Assembly (NCBI GenBank): GCA_947443745.1 | Contig: CANEXL010000001.1 | Span: 3,185-67,184, forward strand | Source: Microbacteriaceae bacterium | GTDB lineage: Bacteria; Actinomycetota; Actinomycetes; Actinomycetales; Microbacteriaceae | Direction of reading: 5' to 3' | DNA length: 64,000 nt | Shown: positions 34,525 to 44,718 of the stretch, piece by piece | Layout: each line of letters begins with the position of its first letter | Position numbering within the stretch: the stretch's first letter is position 1 | Made by a program: the position numbers and the translations under genes | Notes under the pieces: generated by a model | Told to the model about the DNA's origin: nothing | What the model saw: the letters and a program-made list of their open reading frames with translations, nothing else | Databases searched by the model: none

Positions 34525-34587
34525 CTCAGGCCCGCGAGAGCTTCTCGCCGAGGAATGGCCCCGGGTTTGGGGGGCCGTTTTTGCGGA

Positions 34588-34830
34588 CTAGCGCCAGCGC
34601 GTCGTCATCAGGAAGCCGATGAAGGCAATCCCGAATCCGACCAAAATGTTCCAGGCGCCCAAGGTGGGAACGGGCAATGCGCCTTGGCTGATGTAGAAAA
34701 CGATGATCCAAACCAAGCCCAGCAGCATGAAGCCGAACATGACGGGTTTGAACCACACGGGATTGGGGGTGTCGCTCGCGCTGCCCTCGATTGAACGGGG
34801 AGCCTTTGAGCGTGTCTTTGATCCAGCCAT
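34588..34830 (-). CDS. crgA: Cell division protein CrgA
   Basis: PNPVWFKPVMFGFMLLGLVWIIVFYI...WNILVGFG...MTTRWR; start set at ATG 34830. Confidence 0.93.
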   Translation of the reverse strand: MAGSKTRSKAPRSIEGSASDTPNPVWFKPVMFGFMLLGLVWIIVFYISQGALPVPTLGAWNILVGFGIAFIGFLMTTRWR

Positions 34831-34917
34831 AGTGTGTGAAAGTCTAGCGGATGGCCCGGTCCTGACGCTCAGCGAAGGCTCAAGAACGATGTAAGGACTG
34901 CGTCTAAACTTATTCAC

Positions 34918-35841
34918 GTGAGTGATGAAAACGAAGAAACCACAGCGGATGCCTCTGCGGTAGCGACGCCCCCTCAGGGCAGGCGCGCGGCCAAGCGTGC
35001 CAGTAAAGATGCTGGTAAAGCTGCTGGTAAAGATACCGGCAAGGATGCTGGCAAAGATGCTGGCAAAGATGCGGGTAACACGTCGTCGAGCAAGGCCTCG
35101 TCTCGTTCCTCGGCTCGTTTCTCGGCAGTTCTCGGCGTCGTCGGAGAATCGCTCATTACAATCGGCGCCATTGTGCTGCTCTTCTTGGTGTGGCAGCTCT
35201 ACATCAATAACGCCGTTCTCGCCGGCCAGCAGGCGAACATCACGAAAGATCAGGCTCTGGCGTGGGCAACGGTGACCCCCAGTCCTGCTGCGTCGAACGC
35301 TCCCGAACAAACAGACTTTGGCCCTCCTCCGGTGATGGCGCCCGTGGGCGAAGGCGCACAATTTGGCATTCTTTACATTCCCCGCCTGGGGCCCGACTCG
35401 CAGCGCGCGGTTCGAAATAGTGTCAATCCGATCTCCGTCTTGAACCACGGATACTTTGGTCACTACCCAAATACTCAGTGGCCAGGGGAACCTGGCAACT
35501 TTGCGATGGCGATTCACCGCACGGGATGGGGAAGCAGCTTTGCCGATTCCCCGAAGCTTGAGGCGGGCGACAAGATTTACCTGGAGACGGCGGACGGGTA
35601 CTACATTTACACGTTCCGGAACAATGAGTTTGTTCTTCCGACGGCGGTAGATGTCGTGTTACCGGTGCCTGGGTCACACGCGCCATCCGCGGGTCAAATG
35701 CTCATTACGATCACAACCTGTAACCCGCTTCTGGGTGATGCGGAACGCATGATTAGCTATGGCGTCTTTGAGTCCTGGCGTCCCCGTTCGGCCGGCCCAC
35801 CCCCGGCAATTGCCGCCATTGTTGCCAAGGAGGCTAACTAA
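34918..35841 (+). CDS. Class E sortase
   Basis: TM anchor, GHYPNT..PG..GNFAMAIHR, ITTCNP...ER. Confidence 0.88.
   Translation: MSDENEETTADASAVATPPQGRRAAKRASKDAGKAAGKDTGKDAGKDAGKDAGNTSSSKASSRSSARFSAVLGVVGESLITIGAIVLLFLVWQLYINNAVLAGQQANITKDQALAWATVTPSPAASNAPEQTDFGPPPVMAPVGEGAQFGILYIPRLGPDSQRAVRNSVNPISVLNHGYFGHYPNTQWPGEPGNFAMAIHRTGWGSSFADSPKLEAGDKIYLETADGYYIYTFRNNEFVLPTAVDVVLPVPGSHAPSAGQMLITITTCNPLLGDAERMISYGVFESWRPRSAGPPPAIAAIVAKEAN
35005..35076 (+). repeat. 12-bp tandem repeat x6 (KDAG)
   Basis: AAAGATGCTGGY-like units in the sortase N-terminal tail. Confidence 0.9.
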
Positions 35842-35996
35842 TGTACGCCGCTCTGTGGAAGATTATTCCGGGCCCCCTCTGGGTTCGCATCCTGATCGCC
35901 GTCGTGGCGGCAGCGGCCGTGGTCGCGGCACTCATGATGTACGTTTTTCCGTGGGTCGACGCGTATATCAGCCCGAAAGATGTCACGGTTAAGTAA
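35841..35996 (+). CDS. 51-aa single-TM protein (absent from the ORF track)
   Basis: MYAALWKIIPGPLWVRILIAVVAAAAVVAALMMYVFPWVDAYISPKDVTVK; AAGGAGG SD; TAATG coupling at both ends. Confidence 0.85.
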   Translation: MYAALWKIIPGPLWVRILIAVVAAAAVVAALMMYVFPWVDAYISPKDVTVK

Positions 35997-36634
35997 TGAC
36001 TCGAATTCTTGTTATCGATAACTACGACAGCTTTGTCTACACGCTCAATGGATACCTCCAGGAGTTGGGTGCCCAGACAGACGTTGTGCGAAATGACCAG
36101 ATTGCACCTGCCGAACTCGATGCCACCATTGCGCGTTACGACGGTGTGCTCGTCTCGCCCGGCCCGGGCAAGCCCGCGGACGCTGGCGTTTCTGTCGCGG
36201 CCGTTCTCTCCGCGGCGAAGCAGGGTATTCCATTGTTGGGGGTCTGCCTCGGGCATCAGGCCATCGCCGAAGCATTCGGTGCAACAGTGACCAACGCCGA
36301 CGAATTGATGCACGGCAAAACCTCTGTGATTACGCATGATGGCGGCGATTTTTACACGGATGTTCCCCAACCCTTCACGGCAACGCGGTACCACTCGTTG
36401 GCTGTCGTTGCCGAAACGGTTCCGGATGTTTTGACGGTAACCAGCCGCACCGCCGGCGGGGTCATCATGGGACTACAGCACGAGAGCGCCCCCATTTACG
36501 GCGTTCAGTTCCACCCCGAATCCGTTCTCACGGAAGGCGGCTATTCAATGCTGGGCAACTGGCTCGAGACGACGGGGCTTGCCGGTGCCGCCGAGGCCGC
36601 AAAAACCAAGAACCCCCTGATTACGCGTTCTTAA
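35996..36634 (+). CDS. pabA: Aminodeoxychorismate/anthranilate synthase component II
   Basis: IDNYDSF, SPGPG, GVCLGHQ, RYHSL, QFHPES. Confidence 0.92.
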   Translation: MTRILVIDNYDSFVYTLNGYLQELGAQTDVVRNDQIAPAELDATIARYDGVLVSPGPGKPADAGVSVAAVLSAAKQGIPLLGVCLGHQAIAEAFGATVTNADELMHGKTSVITHDGGDFYTDVPQPFTATRYHSLAVVAETVPDVLTVTSRTAGGVIMGLQHESAPIYGVQFHPESVLTEGGYSMLGNWLETTGLAGAAEAAKTKNPLITRS

Positions 36635-38373
36635 CCGTTGCAGTAGGTCAACGTCACAGCAATCCCCTGGGTGACCTGACCCGCGGGAACGGATTGCCGG
36701 TTGACGACGAGCTCTGCGGTTTTGGGGCAGGCAGGATCAGCGGTCACGGTCGGTGACAGCATGAGCGAAGGCCCACGCAGCAGGTCGGTCGCGGCTTTCA
36801 ATGCCATACCGCTCACACTCGGAAGTTCAATGTGACCGTTGGAGACCAGAAGGGTCACGAGGCTACCTTCCTCCGCCTCGGTCCCCGCTGCCGGAGTGGT
36901 GCCAATCGTCACATTCTCTTTGACGTTCGGGGAATTCTGAGGAGTCAGCGATCCCTGTTTTAGCTTTGCGGCGATGAGGGCAGCCGTCGCATCCGCGGTT
37001 GTCATACCGGCCGTCACGGGAACGGTTACCTTTGCCAGCCCTGCCGAAACATAAACAACGACGGAAAGGCCAGAGTCAACAATGGAACCGCTTGCCGGTT
37101 CGCTGCGAGTGATGAGATCCTTCTTGATGGTGGAGCTTGTTTCTGAACCCTCCACAGCCACAAGATTGACCTGTTGGAGGGCCGCTGCGGCCTCGAAGTA
37201 GTTCATGCCCTTGACATCAGGCACGGTTCGACTGGAACTCGGGAAGAAGTCACCCGGGGCGATATTCACAACCCACACGCTCATTCCCACAATGGCCACC
37301 ATGGCAACCAGCGTTGCCAGAATGCCGAAGACAACCCGATTTCTTTGTGGCTGGCGACGCTTCGTTATTTCAAAGCGGGGTTGAGTGTTCAATCCCGTGC
37401 CGAAGAGATCCTTGAAATCTTGGGGAAGGACAGGTTTCGAGGCGACGGGGCGGCCACCGTTGGCGAGAGGGCCCAGAAGAAGATCAACGTCATCGGGACC
37501 GACTGCGGGGGCGGGGATATGCCCGGCGGCGGCGAGACCCAGCTCGCGGGCAAAGGCTGCCGCAGAGGGATAACGGTCGTCACGGTTTTTCGCGAGGGCC
37601 TTCAGAACGACATAGTCGAGAGCCGGAGAAACGCGGGAGTTCAGGGTGCTCGGCGCATCGGGAATCTCGTGAATGTGACGATGGGCGACAATGAGCGCGG
37701 TGTCGCCAGAAAACGGCGCAGCGCCGGTCAACATTTCGAAGAGCACGACACCGATGGCATAGACGTCGGTTCGCGCATCGACGCTTTCGCCGCGGGCCTG
37801 CTCAGGAGAGAAATAGGCCGCTGTTCCCAAGATGGCGGTTGTCTGGGTGATGTCGGTAAAGGCATCGGTGATGGCTCGGGCAATGCCGAAGTCCAGTACC
37901 TTCACCTGGCCGCTGCGCGCGATCATGATGTTGCGAGGCTTCACATCTCGGTGAACGACGCCGGCCTGGTGGGCATACTCGATGGCAGCCAAAATTTCGG
38001 CCGTGACGCGGGTAGCTTCTGAAACCTTCAGCGGACCTCGAGCGATAATGCTGGAGAGCTCGAGCCCTTCCACAAACTCCATGACGATGAAGGGGATCTT
38101 TGTTTGCGTGCCGTCATCCGCTATCTGCACATCATCACCCGCGTCAAAGACCCGCACGATGTTGGGGTGCGACATTTTTGATGCGGAGTGGGCCTCTTGC
38201 TTGAAACGGGTGCAAATCTTGCTGTCTTTGGCGAGCTCGGGGCGCAGGAGTTTGACGGCAACGCGACGACCGAGGGTGATGTCGCGGGCGACAAAAACCT
38301 CACCCATGCCGCCACTGCCGATGTTCTTGCCTAGCTCGTAGCGCCCACCAATAACGCGTTCACCGTTTGTCAT
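36631..38373 (-). CDS. pknB: Ser/Thr kinase with PASTA domains
   Basis: GSGGMG, VAVK, HRDVKP.N, DFGIAR, TM, about 3 PASTA repeats. Confidence 0.93.
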   Translation of the reverse strand: MTNGERVIGGRYELGKNIGSGGMGEVFVARDITLGRRVAVKLLRPELAKDSKICTRFKQEAHSASKMSHPNIVRVFDAGDDVQIADDGTQTKIPFIVMEFVEGLELSSIIARGPLKVSEATRVTAEILAAIEYAHQAGVVHRDVKPRNIMIARSGQVKVLDFGIARAITDAFTDITQTTAILGTAAYFSPEQARGESVDARTDVYAIGVVLFEMLTGAAPFSGDTALIVAHRHIHEIPDAPSTLNSRVSPALDYVVLKALAKNRDDRYPSAAAFARELGLAAAGHIPAPAVGPDDVDLLLGPLANGGRPVASKPVLPQDFKDLFGTGLNTQPRFEITKRRQPQRNRVVFGILATLVAMVAIVGMSVWVVNIAPGDFFPSSSRTVPDVKGMNYFEAAAALQQVNLVAVEGSETSSTIKKDLITRSEPASGSIVDSGLSVVVYVSAGLAKVTVPVTAGMTTADATAALIAAKLKQGSLTPQNSPNVKENVTIGTTPAAGTEAEEGSLVTLLVSNGHIELPSVSGMALKAATDLLRGPSLMLSPTVTADPACPKTAELVVNRQSVPAGQVTQGIAVTLTYCNG

Positions 38374-38436
38374 GCCATGCCCCCCAAAAACGCTCCATAT
38401 GCCTTAAGTGCCACCTCATCGTCGCTGCTGTTCGGG

Positions 38437-40122
38437 CTAGAGGCCCGTCAACGTGACCGTGAGCGTAGCGGCGGGGGAAAGACCGGACTGCAAGGGACCA
38501 CAGCCAACCTGGTAGGTAACAGGGTGATCCATACCGATGGGCCCCGGTACCGTGAGGTTGAAGGTGGTGACGCCTCCGGCAACGGTTCCTGCGCTCGCAC
38601 CATCAAAGAAGATGGAGTAGCCAGAAACGGCGGAACCTGAGGGGCAATCAGCGTATGCCGGCCACGTCACGACAACCACGTCGCCCGGCTTTGCTGTTGT
38701 CGTCGTCGTGCCGTCCAACAGCGGAGCGGAACCCGGGGCGGCAACAACGGGAACGGGGCCATAGACCTTGACAGCAATGGTGGTTCCCTTTGCCACAGTG
38801 GGTCCGGATGGTGTGATGCCGTAGACGAAGCCCACGGTCGCTGGATCGAGCGCGGCGGTGCCATCAACCCGGTTGACGTTCATCCCCAAGGTCGTCAGTG
38901 ATGCCGAGACTTGATCGAACGGCTTGCCGATGTAGTCACCCTCGACGATGGCGGCCGTGGTCGGCGTCGGCGTTGTGCTCGGCGTGCGGGCCGGGGTCGT
39001 GTTCGGCGTGTTCGCTGGAGTGGAATTCGACGAGGAGGATGCGGGGGCGGGGGCGGGCGTTCCGCCGGAAACAAGGGCGTAGACGGCACCGGCAAGAACG
39101 AGCACCAGCACACCGATGAGAGCGATGAGAGGCCAGGTCCAGGGACTGCGCTTCTTGGCTTCGAGTTCTACCGCGCCGGTTGGTGCGGGCAGGTTGAGCA
39201 CCGTGGTCGCCCCGGTCTCGAGGGTGCGGTCCATGACCATCGTGGCGTCAGAGACGGGAACTCCACCGAGAACGGCAGGAACGGCAAGAGCCGCACCCTG
39301 GAGGTCGCCGCGGCGCAGAGCCTGAGCGGCACGTGCCAAGTTTGCGGCTGACGCAGGGCGCTCCGAGGGCTTCTTCGAAATGCACGAGAAGACTAGGTTG
39401 CGAACGGGCTCGGCGATGGTGTCCGAGAGAGGAGGCGCCGTGTCGTTGATCTGCGCCATGGCGATGGCGACCTGCGATTCACCCGTGAAGGGGCGACGGC
39501 CGGCAAGGCATTCGTAGGCGACGATACCGAGCGAATAGATGTCGGTCGAGGGCGATGCGGGGTGACCGCTTGCCTGCTCGGGGGAGAGGTACTGGACCGT
39601 TCCCATGACTTGACCGGTTGCCGTGAGGGGCACCTGGTCGGCGATGCGCGCAATACCGAAGTCGGTGATCTTGACGCGACCCTCGGGCGTGATCAACATG
39701 TTGCCGGGCTTGATGTCGCGGTGAACGAGACCTGCGGCGTGGGCAGCCTGCAACGCTGCAGACGTTTGCGCAATGATGTCGAGAACCTTGTCGATCGAGA
39801 GGGTGTGCTCGCGCTCGATGACGGCCGAAAGGGGCTCGCCCGGAACGAGTTCCATGACGAGGTACGCGCTGCCTTCTTCTTCGCCATAGTCGTAGACGTT
39901 GGCGATACCCTCGTGGTTGACGAGAGCGGCATGACGAGCTTCGGCGCGAAAGCGCTCGAGGAAGCCTGGGTCACCCAGGTACTCATCCTTCAAAATTTTG
40001 ATGGCGACGGATCGCCCGATGACGAGGTCAGTTGCCTGCCACACTTCACCCATGCCACCAATGGCAATGCGCGACTGTAATTCGTAACGACCACCAAAGG
40101 TGATCCCTGCTGTGGGCCTCAT
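38437..40122 (-). CDS. pknA: Ser/Thr protein kinase
   Basis: IAIGGMGEVW, HRDIKPGN, DFGIAR, TM, Pro/Thr-rich linker. Confidence 0.92.
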   Translation of the reverse strand: MRPTAGITFGGRYELQSRIAIGGMGEVWQATDLVIGRSVAIKILKDEYLGDPGFLERFRAEARHAALVNHEGIANVYDYGEEEGSAYLVMELVPGEPLSAVIEREHTLSIDKVLDIIAQTSAALQAAHAAGLVHRDIKPGNMLITPEGRVKITDFGIARIADQVPLTATGQVMGTVQYLSPEQASGHPASPSTDIYSLGIVAYECLAGRRPFTGESQVAIAMAQINDTAPPLSDTIAEPVRNLVFSCISKKPSERPASAANLARAAQALRRGDLQGAALAVPAVLGGVPVSDATMVMDRTLETGATTVLNLPAPTGAVELEAKKRSPWTWPLIALIGVLVLVLAGAVYALVSGGTPAPAPASSSSNSTPANTPNTTPARTPSTTPTPTTAAIVEGDYIGKPFDQVSASLTTLGMNVNRVDGTAALDPATVGFVYGITPSGPTVAKGTTIAVKVYGPVPVVAAPGSAPLLDGTTTTTAKPGDVVVVTWPAYADCPSGSAVSGYSIFFDGASAGTVAGGVTTFNLTVPGPIGMDHPVTYQVGCGPLQSGLSPAATLTVTLTGL

Positions 40123-41576
40123 TTACCTAGCTCCGCCTCTAACACTTGTTTCGCGATGGATCCAGCAATCGGGCCACTAAGGCCTTCTTGACCGAGTCCT
40201 CCACCATTCTCGACGAGAACGGTGATGGCATATCGCGGATCGTTCGCTGGGGCGAAGCCGGTAAACCAGAAGGTATAGGGCTCGCCTACACCATTTTCTG
40301 CTGTTCCCGTCTTGCCCGCAACTTGGATACCGCTAATTCTTGCATTACCAGCCAGGCCGTTGTCCACTCCGTCAACCATCATTGCGTTCAATGAGGCGGC
40401 TGTCTCGGCCGATATGGCTTGGCTGTATTGCGTCGCCTGGAAGTCAAACAGCGACTTCAAGGTGGGATCTTGGACGCTCTGAATGAGCGTGGGGGACATT
40501 ACTTTGCCACCGTTGGCGATGGCAGCGGAGACCATGGCGATCTGCAACGGCGTCGCTCTCACGTCGAACTGGCCAAAGGAGGACAGCATGGTCTGCGCAT
40601 CATCCATCACGGTGGGGAAGTTGCTGGCCGCAGTTCGCATGGGAACATCGAACGTGGAATTGAACCCAAACTTCTTGGCCTGCTCGAGCAAGGCTTGGCG
40701 GCCCAACGCTAATCCCAATTCGGCGAAGGGGATGTTGCAGCTCTCGCGGAGGGCTTGCTTAATGGTGACGGTCGCGCCCGCGCCGGGGCAACGGCCACGG
40801 TTCCAGTTGGTGACAATGGAATCGGAGCCAGGAAGCTGCAAGCTGGGCGGATTGTCGAGTTCAGAATCGGCGGTGTACTGTCCGGATTCCAACGCTGCCG
40901 CAGCCACGACCAACTTGAACACCGAGCCGGGAGGGTTGAGGTTTCCGGAGATGGAGCGGTCAATCAGGGGCTGAGTCGGGTCGGCAATGAGGGCGTCATA
41001 GGTGGCGATAACGGAGTTTGTGTCATGCGAGGCCAGCAGGTTCGGATCAAAGCTGGGCTTGGACACCATGGCCAAGATCTTGCCCGTCGACGGCTCGGTC
41101 ACGACCACCGATCCGGCGTAATCGCCCAAGGCATCCCACGCGGCCTGCTGCATGAGTGGATCGAGCGTCAGGTTGACGCTGGCACCTTGAGGGTCTTGCC
41201 CGGTGAGAATGCTGTTGAGGCGATTGAGGAACTGCGAGCCCGACGTGCCGCTCAGCTCGGTATTCATCGCCCCTTCGATACCGGTGAGGCCCTGGGTCAG
41301 GGTGAAGTATCCGGTGACATTGGAGTAAATGAGGGGCGCCGCGTAGGTGCGCTGAAAACGGTATTCATCGCCAACCGGAACGGAGGAGGCAATAGGTTGA
41401 CCGGCCACCAGAATCGCGCCGCGTTGCGAACGGTAGCTGTCGTACAGGGTTCGCGTGTTGCGAGCGTCTGCCGAGAGGTTCGCGTCTTGCCCGACCTGAA
41501 TGACGCTGGCCGAGACGAACAGGGTGATGAAGAAGGCCATCACCAAGATGCTCACGCGCTTGAGTTCGCGGTTCAT
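40119..41576 (-). CDS. pbpA: Class B penicillin-binding protein
   Basis: GSVFK, SCN, KTGTAE. Confidence 0.93.
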   Translation of the reverse strand: MNRELKRVSILVMAFFITLFVSASVIQVGQDANLSADARNTRTLYDSYRSQRGAILVAGQPIASSVPVGDEYRFQRTYAAPLIYSNVTGYFTLTQGLTGIEGAMNTELSGTSGSQFLNRLNSILTGQDPQGASVNLTLDPLMQQAAWDALGDYAGSVVVTEPSTGKILAMVSKPSFDPNLLASHDTNSVIATYDALIADPTQPLIDRSISGNLNPPGSVFKLVVAAAALESGQYTADSELDNPPSLQLPGSDSIVTNWNRGRCPGAGATVTIKQALRESCNIPFAELGLALGRQALLEQAKKFGFNSTFDVPMRTAASNFPTVMDDAQTMLSSFGQFDVRATPLQIAMVSAAIANGGKVMSPTLIQSVQDPTLKSLFDFQATQYSQAISAETAASLNAMMVDGVDNGLAGNARISGIQVAGKTGTAENGVGEPYTFWFTGFAPANDPRYAITVLVENGGGLGQEGLSGPIAGSIAKQVLEAELGK

Positions 41577-42949
41577 GCGCCCACCACCAACCGCGGTTCA
41601 TTACGGATGCTGTCCGAGAGTCGCAGGAGCAAGGCGGCGATCATCCAGTTAGCGACGAGGGAGGAACCACCGGCAGCGAGGAACGGCGTCGTCAGCCCGG
41701 TGAGAGGGATGACCCGCGTGACACCGCCGACGACGATGAACACCTGCAGCGCGATGACGAAGGCGAGGCCCACCGCGAGGAGCTTGCTGAAGTCGTCATG
41801 GCCGGCAAAGCCGATGCGCAGGCCACGACCCACCAGAAGCAGGTACAGGCAGAGAATGGCGAAGACGCCGATCAGCCCGAGTTCTTCGCCGAGGCTCGCG
41901 ATGATGTAGTCGCTTTGCGAAACGGGGGTGATGTAGGGCATGCCTTCACCGAGGCCCGTGCCGATGAGCCCGCCGTGGCCGAGGCCAAAAATTCCTTGAA
42001 CGAGCTGGTAACTGCCGCCGCTCCCGTTGTAGATTTCGGGGTTGAACGCGTTCAACCAGTTGAGGAACCGGTCGTGAACGTAGGGCAAGAACTGATTGGC
42101 CAAGACGGCTCCGACGGCAACCAGACCGAGACCCAACAGCACCCAGCTCAGGCGACCGGTCGCGACATACAGCATGACCAAGAAGAGACCGAAGAACAGA
42201 AGGCCGGTACCGAGGTCACGCTCGAAGACGATGACGGCCATCGACAGAGCCCAGATAACGAGGATGGGCCCCAAGTCGCGCCCACGTGGAAACCTCATAC
42301 CGAGGAACGTGCGCCCCACCATCGAGAGGGAATCGCGCGCCTGAACGAGGTAACCGGCAAAGAAGATGGCCAAGGCAACCTTGGCAATCTCGCCGGGCTG
42401 AAACGTGAGGCTCCCAATCTGGATCCAGACGCGGGCACCGTTCAGCTCAATTCCGAGCCCCGGCACCATGGGAAGGAGAAGGAGAATCACACCGACGAGG
42501 CAAGCCACGTACGTGTAGCGCTGCAAAATACGGTGCTGACGAATCAACATAATGACTGCGAACGCGCCACCGATGGCGAGAGCGCTCCAGGCGATTTGTT
42601 TGAAGGCCAGCGAATCCCATCCGGTGTTACCCAGAGCAATATCGATGCGATAAATTTCGGCAATGCCAATGCCATTCAGCAGAGTCGCAATGGGCAAGAT
42701 GAGCGCATCGGCCTGGGGGGCAACAAAGCGCATCGCGACGTGAATGGCCAACACGAGAATTCCGAGCAACGCACAGAGCGTGAGCGGGCCCGCGTCGATT
42801 GTGCCCAGAGCTCCGAGTTGCACGAGCACGAGGGCCGCGAGGTTGATGGCGCTCGCGGCAATGAGCAACGCGAGTTCAACGTTGCGCATGCGCTGGGAGG
42901 GCCGGGCGCGCTTGAGCCGGGGAATGCTGGCCGTCAGGAGGGAGCTCAT
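41573..42949 (-). CDS. rodA: SEDS family glycosyltransferase
   Basis: FQPGEIAK, RDLGT, EELG, IPLTG, GGSSL. Confidence 0.94.
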   Translation of the reverse strand: MSSLLTASIPRLKRARPSQRMRNVELALLIAASAINLAALVLVQLGALGTIDAGPLTLCALLGILVLAIHVAMRFVAPQADALILPIATLLNGIGIAEIYRIDIALGNTGWDSLAFKQIAWSALAIGGAFAVIMLIRQHRILQRYTYVACLVGVILLLLPMVPGLGIELNGARVWIQIGSLTFQPGEIAKVALAIFFAGYLVQARDSLSMVGRTFLGMRFPRGRDLGPILVIWALSMAVIVFERDLGTGLLFFGLFLVMLYVATGRLSWVLLGLGLVAVGAVLANQFLPYVHDRFLNWLNAFNPEIYNGSGGSYQLVQGIFGLGHGGLIGTGLGEGMPYITPVSQSDYIIASLGEELGLIGVFAILCLYLLLVGRGLRIGFAGHDDFSKLLAVGLAFVIALQVFIVVGGVTRVIPLTGLTTPFLAAGGSSLVANWMIAALLLRLSDSIRNEPRLVVGA

Positions 42950-44173
42950 TTATTTGGCTGCCGCGGGAGTGAGGCGGGCAACGACAGCTTCGGCTTCTTC
43001 GAGGGAAGCGGTGGACACGGTGGCGATGACTTGGGCGCGTTGGAACGTGTTGAGAGCGTCGAGGCGGATTCCCGTGTCGTTATAAAGGTGTGAGAGTTTC
43101 CATGGTCCGAGGTCTTGCGGAATGCCCTGGAAGATAACGACTGTGCCGGCCGACGAGCCGACAAAGAAGCGGCTCTGCGTGTAGCGATACCCCTCAACTC
43201 CGGCGGCGAAAAGAGCCCCCAAGAGCACAATGATCGTGCCAATCAGCCAGGCGCGGCGGCGGAAGCGCCTCTTGCGGGCGATCTCACTTTCGGCAGTTGG
43301 GGGGTGCTTGTGAATGGGAACATCGCTGGTCGAAACCGGCAGAGAGCGGGAGGCCTGTCGCGAGGCGCGCACGACGTCGGCACGGGGCGACGGTTCAGCG
43401 ATGGAGATCGGTTCTGCTGCGGACCCCACGAGAGAGGAGACCTGCGCGGGTTGACCGTCGGTGACGTTGGCCACAACAACGGTGACGTTATCGGGAGCCC
43501 CACCATCGAGGCTGCCATTCATGAGGGCGAGGGCAATGTCTTCGGCGTCAGCATCCGCCGTCATCATGTCGTGAATTTCGTCACGGGTCAGCACGCCGGT
43601 CAAACCGTCGGAGCACAGCATCCAGCGATCGCCGGGTTCGGTGCCCACAATCATGGTGTCGATTTCGGGGTTCGCGTCTACGTCGCCCAGAACGCGCATG
43701 AGAACAGAACGGCGCGGGTGCACTTTGGCCTCCGCCTCGGTGATGCGGCCGCTGTCGATCAGGCGCTGCACGAACGTGTGATCGATTGTGACCTGCGAGA
43801 GTTCGCCGCCGCGCAGAAGATAGATGCGGGAGTCGCCGATGTGGGCGATGGCCACCTTGTCGCCGACCCGGATGATGGCGCTGACGGTGGTGCCCAAGCC
43901 AGCGAGCTCCGGGTGGTCGTAGACAGTATCGCCGAGCAGGTCATTGGTGGCGAGCAGGGTCTTCAGCAGAGCGCCGCGCGCCTCCTCGGGGGAATCGAAG
44001 GGGCGATCAAGTTCAAGGAGTTGGCGGATGGCCATGTGGGAGGCAACGTCACCACCGGCGTGACCACCCATTCCATCGGCGACGGCCAGAAGGTGCGTTC
44101 CGGCGTAGCCCGAGTCCTGGTTGGAGGAGCGGACCTTGCCTACATCGGAGACAGCCGCATTGTCAGCACTCAT
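42950..44173 (-). CDS. pstP: PP2C Ser/Thr phosphatase
   Basis: NQDS, VADGMGGH, GDSR, CSDGL, DNVT; TM. Confidence 0.94.
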   Translation of the reverse strand: MSADNAAVSDVGKVRSSNQDSGYAGTHLLAVADGMGGHAGGDVASHMAIRQLLELDRPFDSPEEARGALLKTLLATNDLLGDTVYDHPELAGLGTTVSAIIRVGDKVAIAHIGDSRIYLLRGGELSQVTIDHTFVQRLIDSGRITEAEAKVHPRRSVLMRVLGDVDANPEIDTMIVGTEPGDRWMLCSDGLTGVLTRDEIHDMMTADADAEDIALALMNGSLDGGAPDNVTVVVANVTDGQPAQVSSLVGSAAEPISIAEPSPRADVVRASRQASRSLPVSTSDVPIHKHPPTAESEIARKRRFRRRAWLIGTIIVLLGALFAAGVEGYRYTQSRFFVGSSAGTVVIFQGIPQDLGPWKLSHLYNDTGIRLDALNTFQRAQVIATVSTASLEEAEAVVARLTPAAAK

Positions 44174-44181
44174 GGGCCCGC

Positions 44182-44718
44182 CTACCGGCGAACCTCAAAG
44201 CTGGTTGCCCCGATCGTAATGGTGGTGTTCAGGGGAACGGGAGTGGGAGAGGTGACGCGAACGCCGGCCAGGAGCGTGCCGTTCGTGGAGTCGAGGTCGC
44301 GCAGAACCCAGGTTCCGCCGCGGGCTTCGAGCCGCGCGTGATGGGTGGAGGTGTAATCGTCTTTGATGACCAGGCTGGAGTCGGAGGACCGGCCGATGGT
44401 AATCGTGTCGCCCGAAAGCGGCAGTTCTTGCCCCGCCTTGTCGCCCGAGGTGATGACAAGTCTCAGCGGCGCAGAACCGATGGTGGCGGGAGCCGAGATC
44501 ACGTCGGTTGCGGCCGCCGGAATGCGCGGGGTTGCTGAGGTGAGGAAAGCATTCGCGGCATCGCTCCGAGTGCCCTGGGCTGCGGCGCCCTGCGGGGGAA
44601 GACGGCGAACGCGTTGGCCGAAAAGGTCGCTTCTCACGGCGTACACAATAAAGAAGACAAAGACCCACAGGGCAATCAAAAAACTGATGCGCAGGATCAG
44701 GAGGGTGAGCTCACTCAC
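44182..44718 (-). CDS. fhaB: FHA domain protein FhaB
   Basis: N-terminal TM; IGRS, S.HHARL, DLDSTNGT. Confidence 0.92.
   Translation of the reverse strand: MSELTLLILRISFLIALWVFVFFIVYAVRSDLFGQRVRRLPPQGAAAQGTRSDAANAFLTSATPRIPAAATDVISAPATIGSAPLRLVITSGDKAGQELPLSGDTITIGRSSDSSLVIKDDYTSTHHARLEARGGTWVLRDLDSTNGTLLAGVRVTSPTPVPLNTTITIGATSFEVRR

Noticed and set aside
34831-35517. Long N-terminal extensions of crgA, cca and rnpA in the ORF track
   Set aside because: They overlap genuine neighbouring genes (sortase, DUF6049-like, rpmH); family motifs begin at downstream starts
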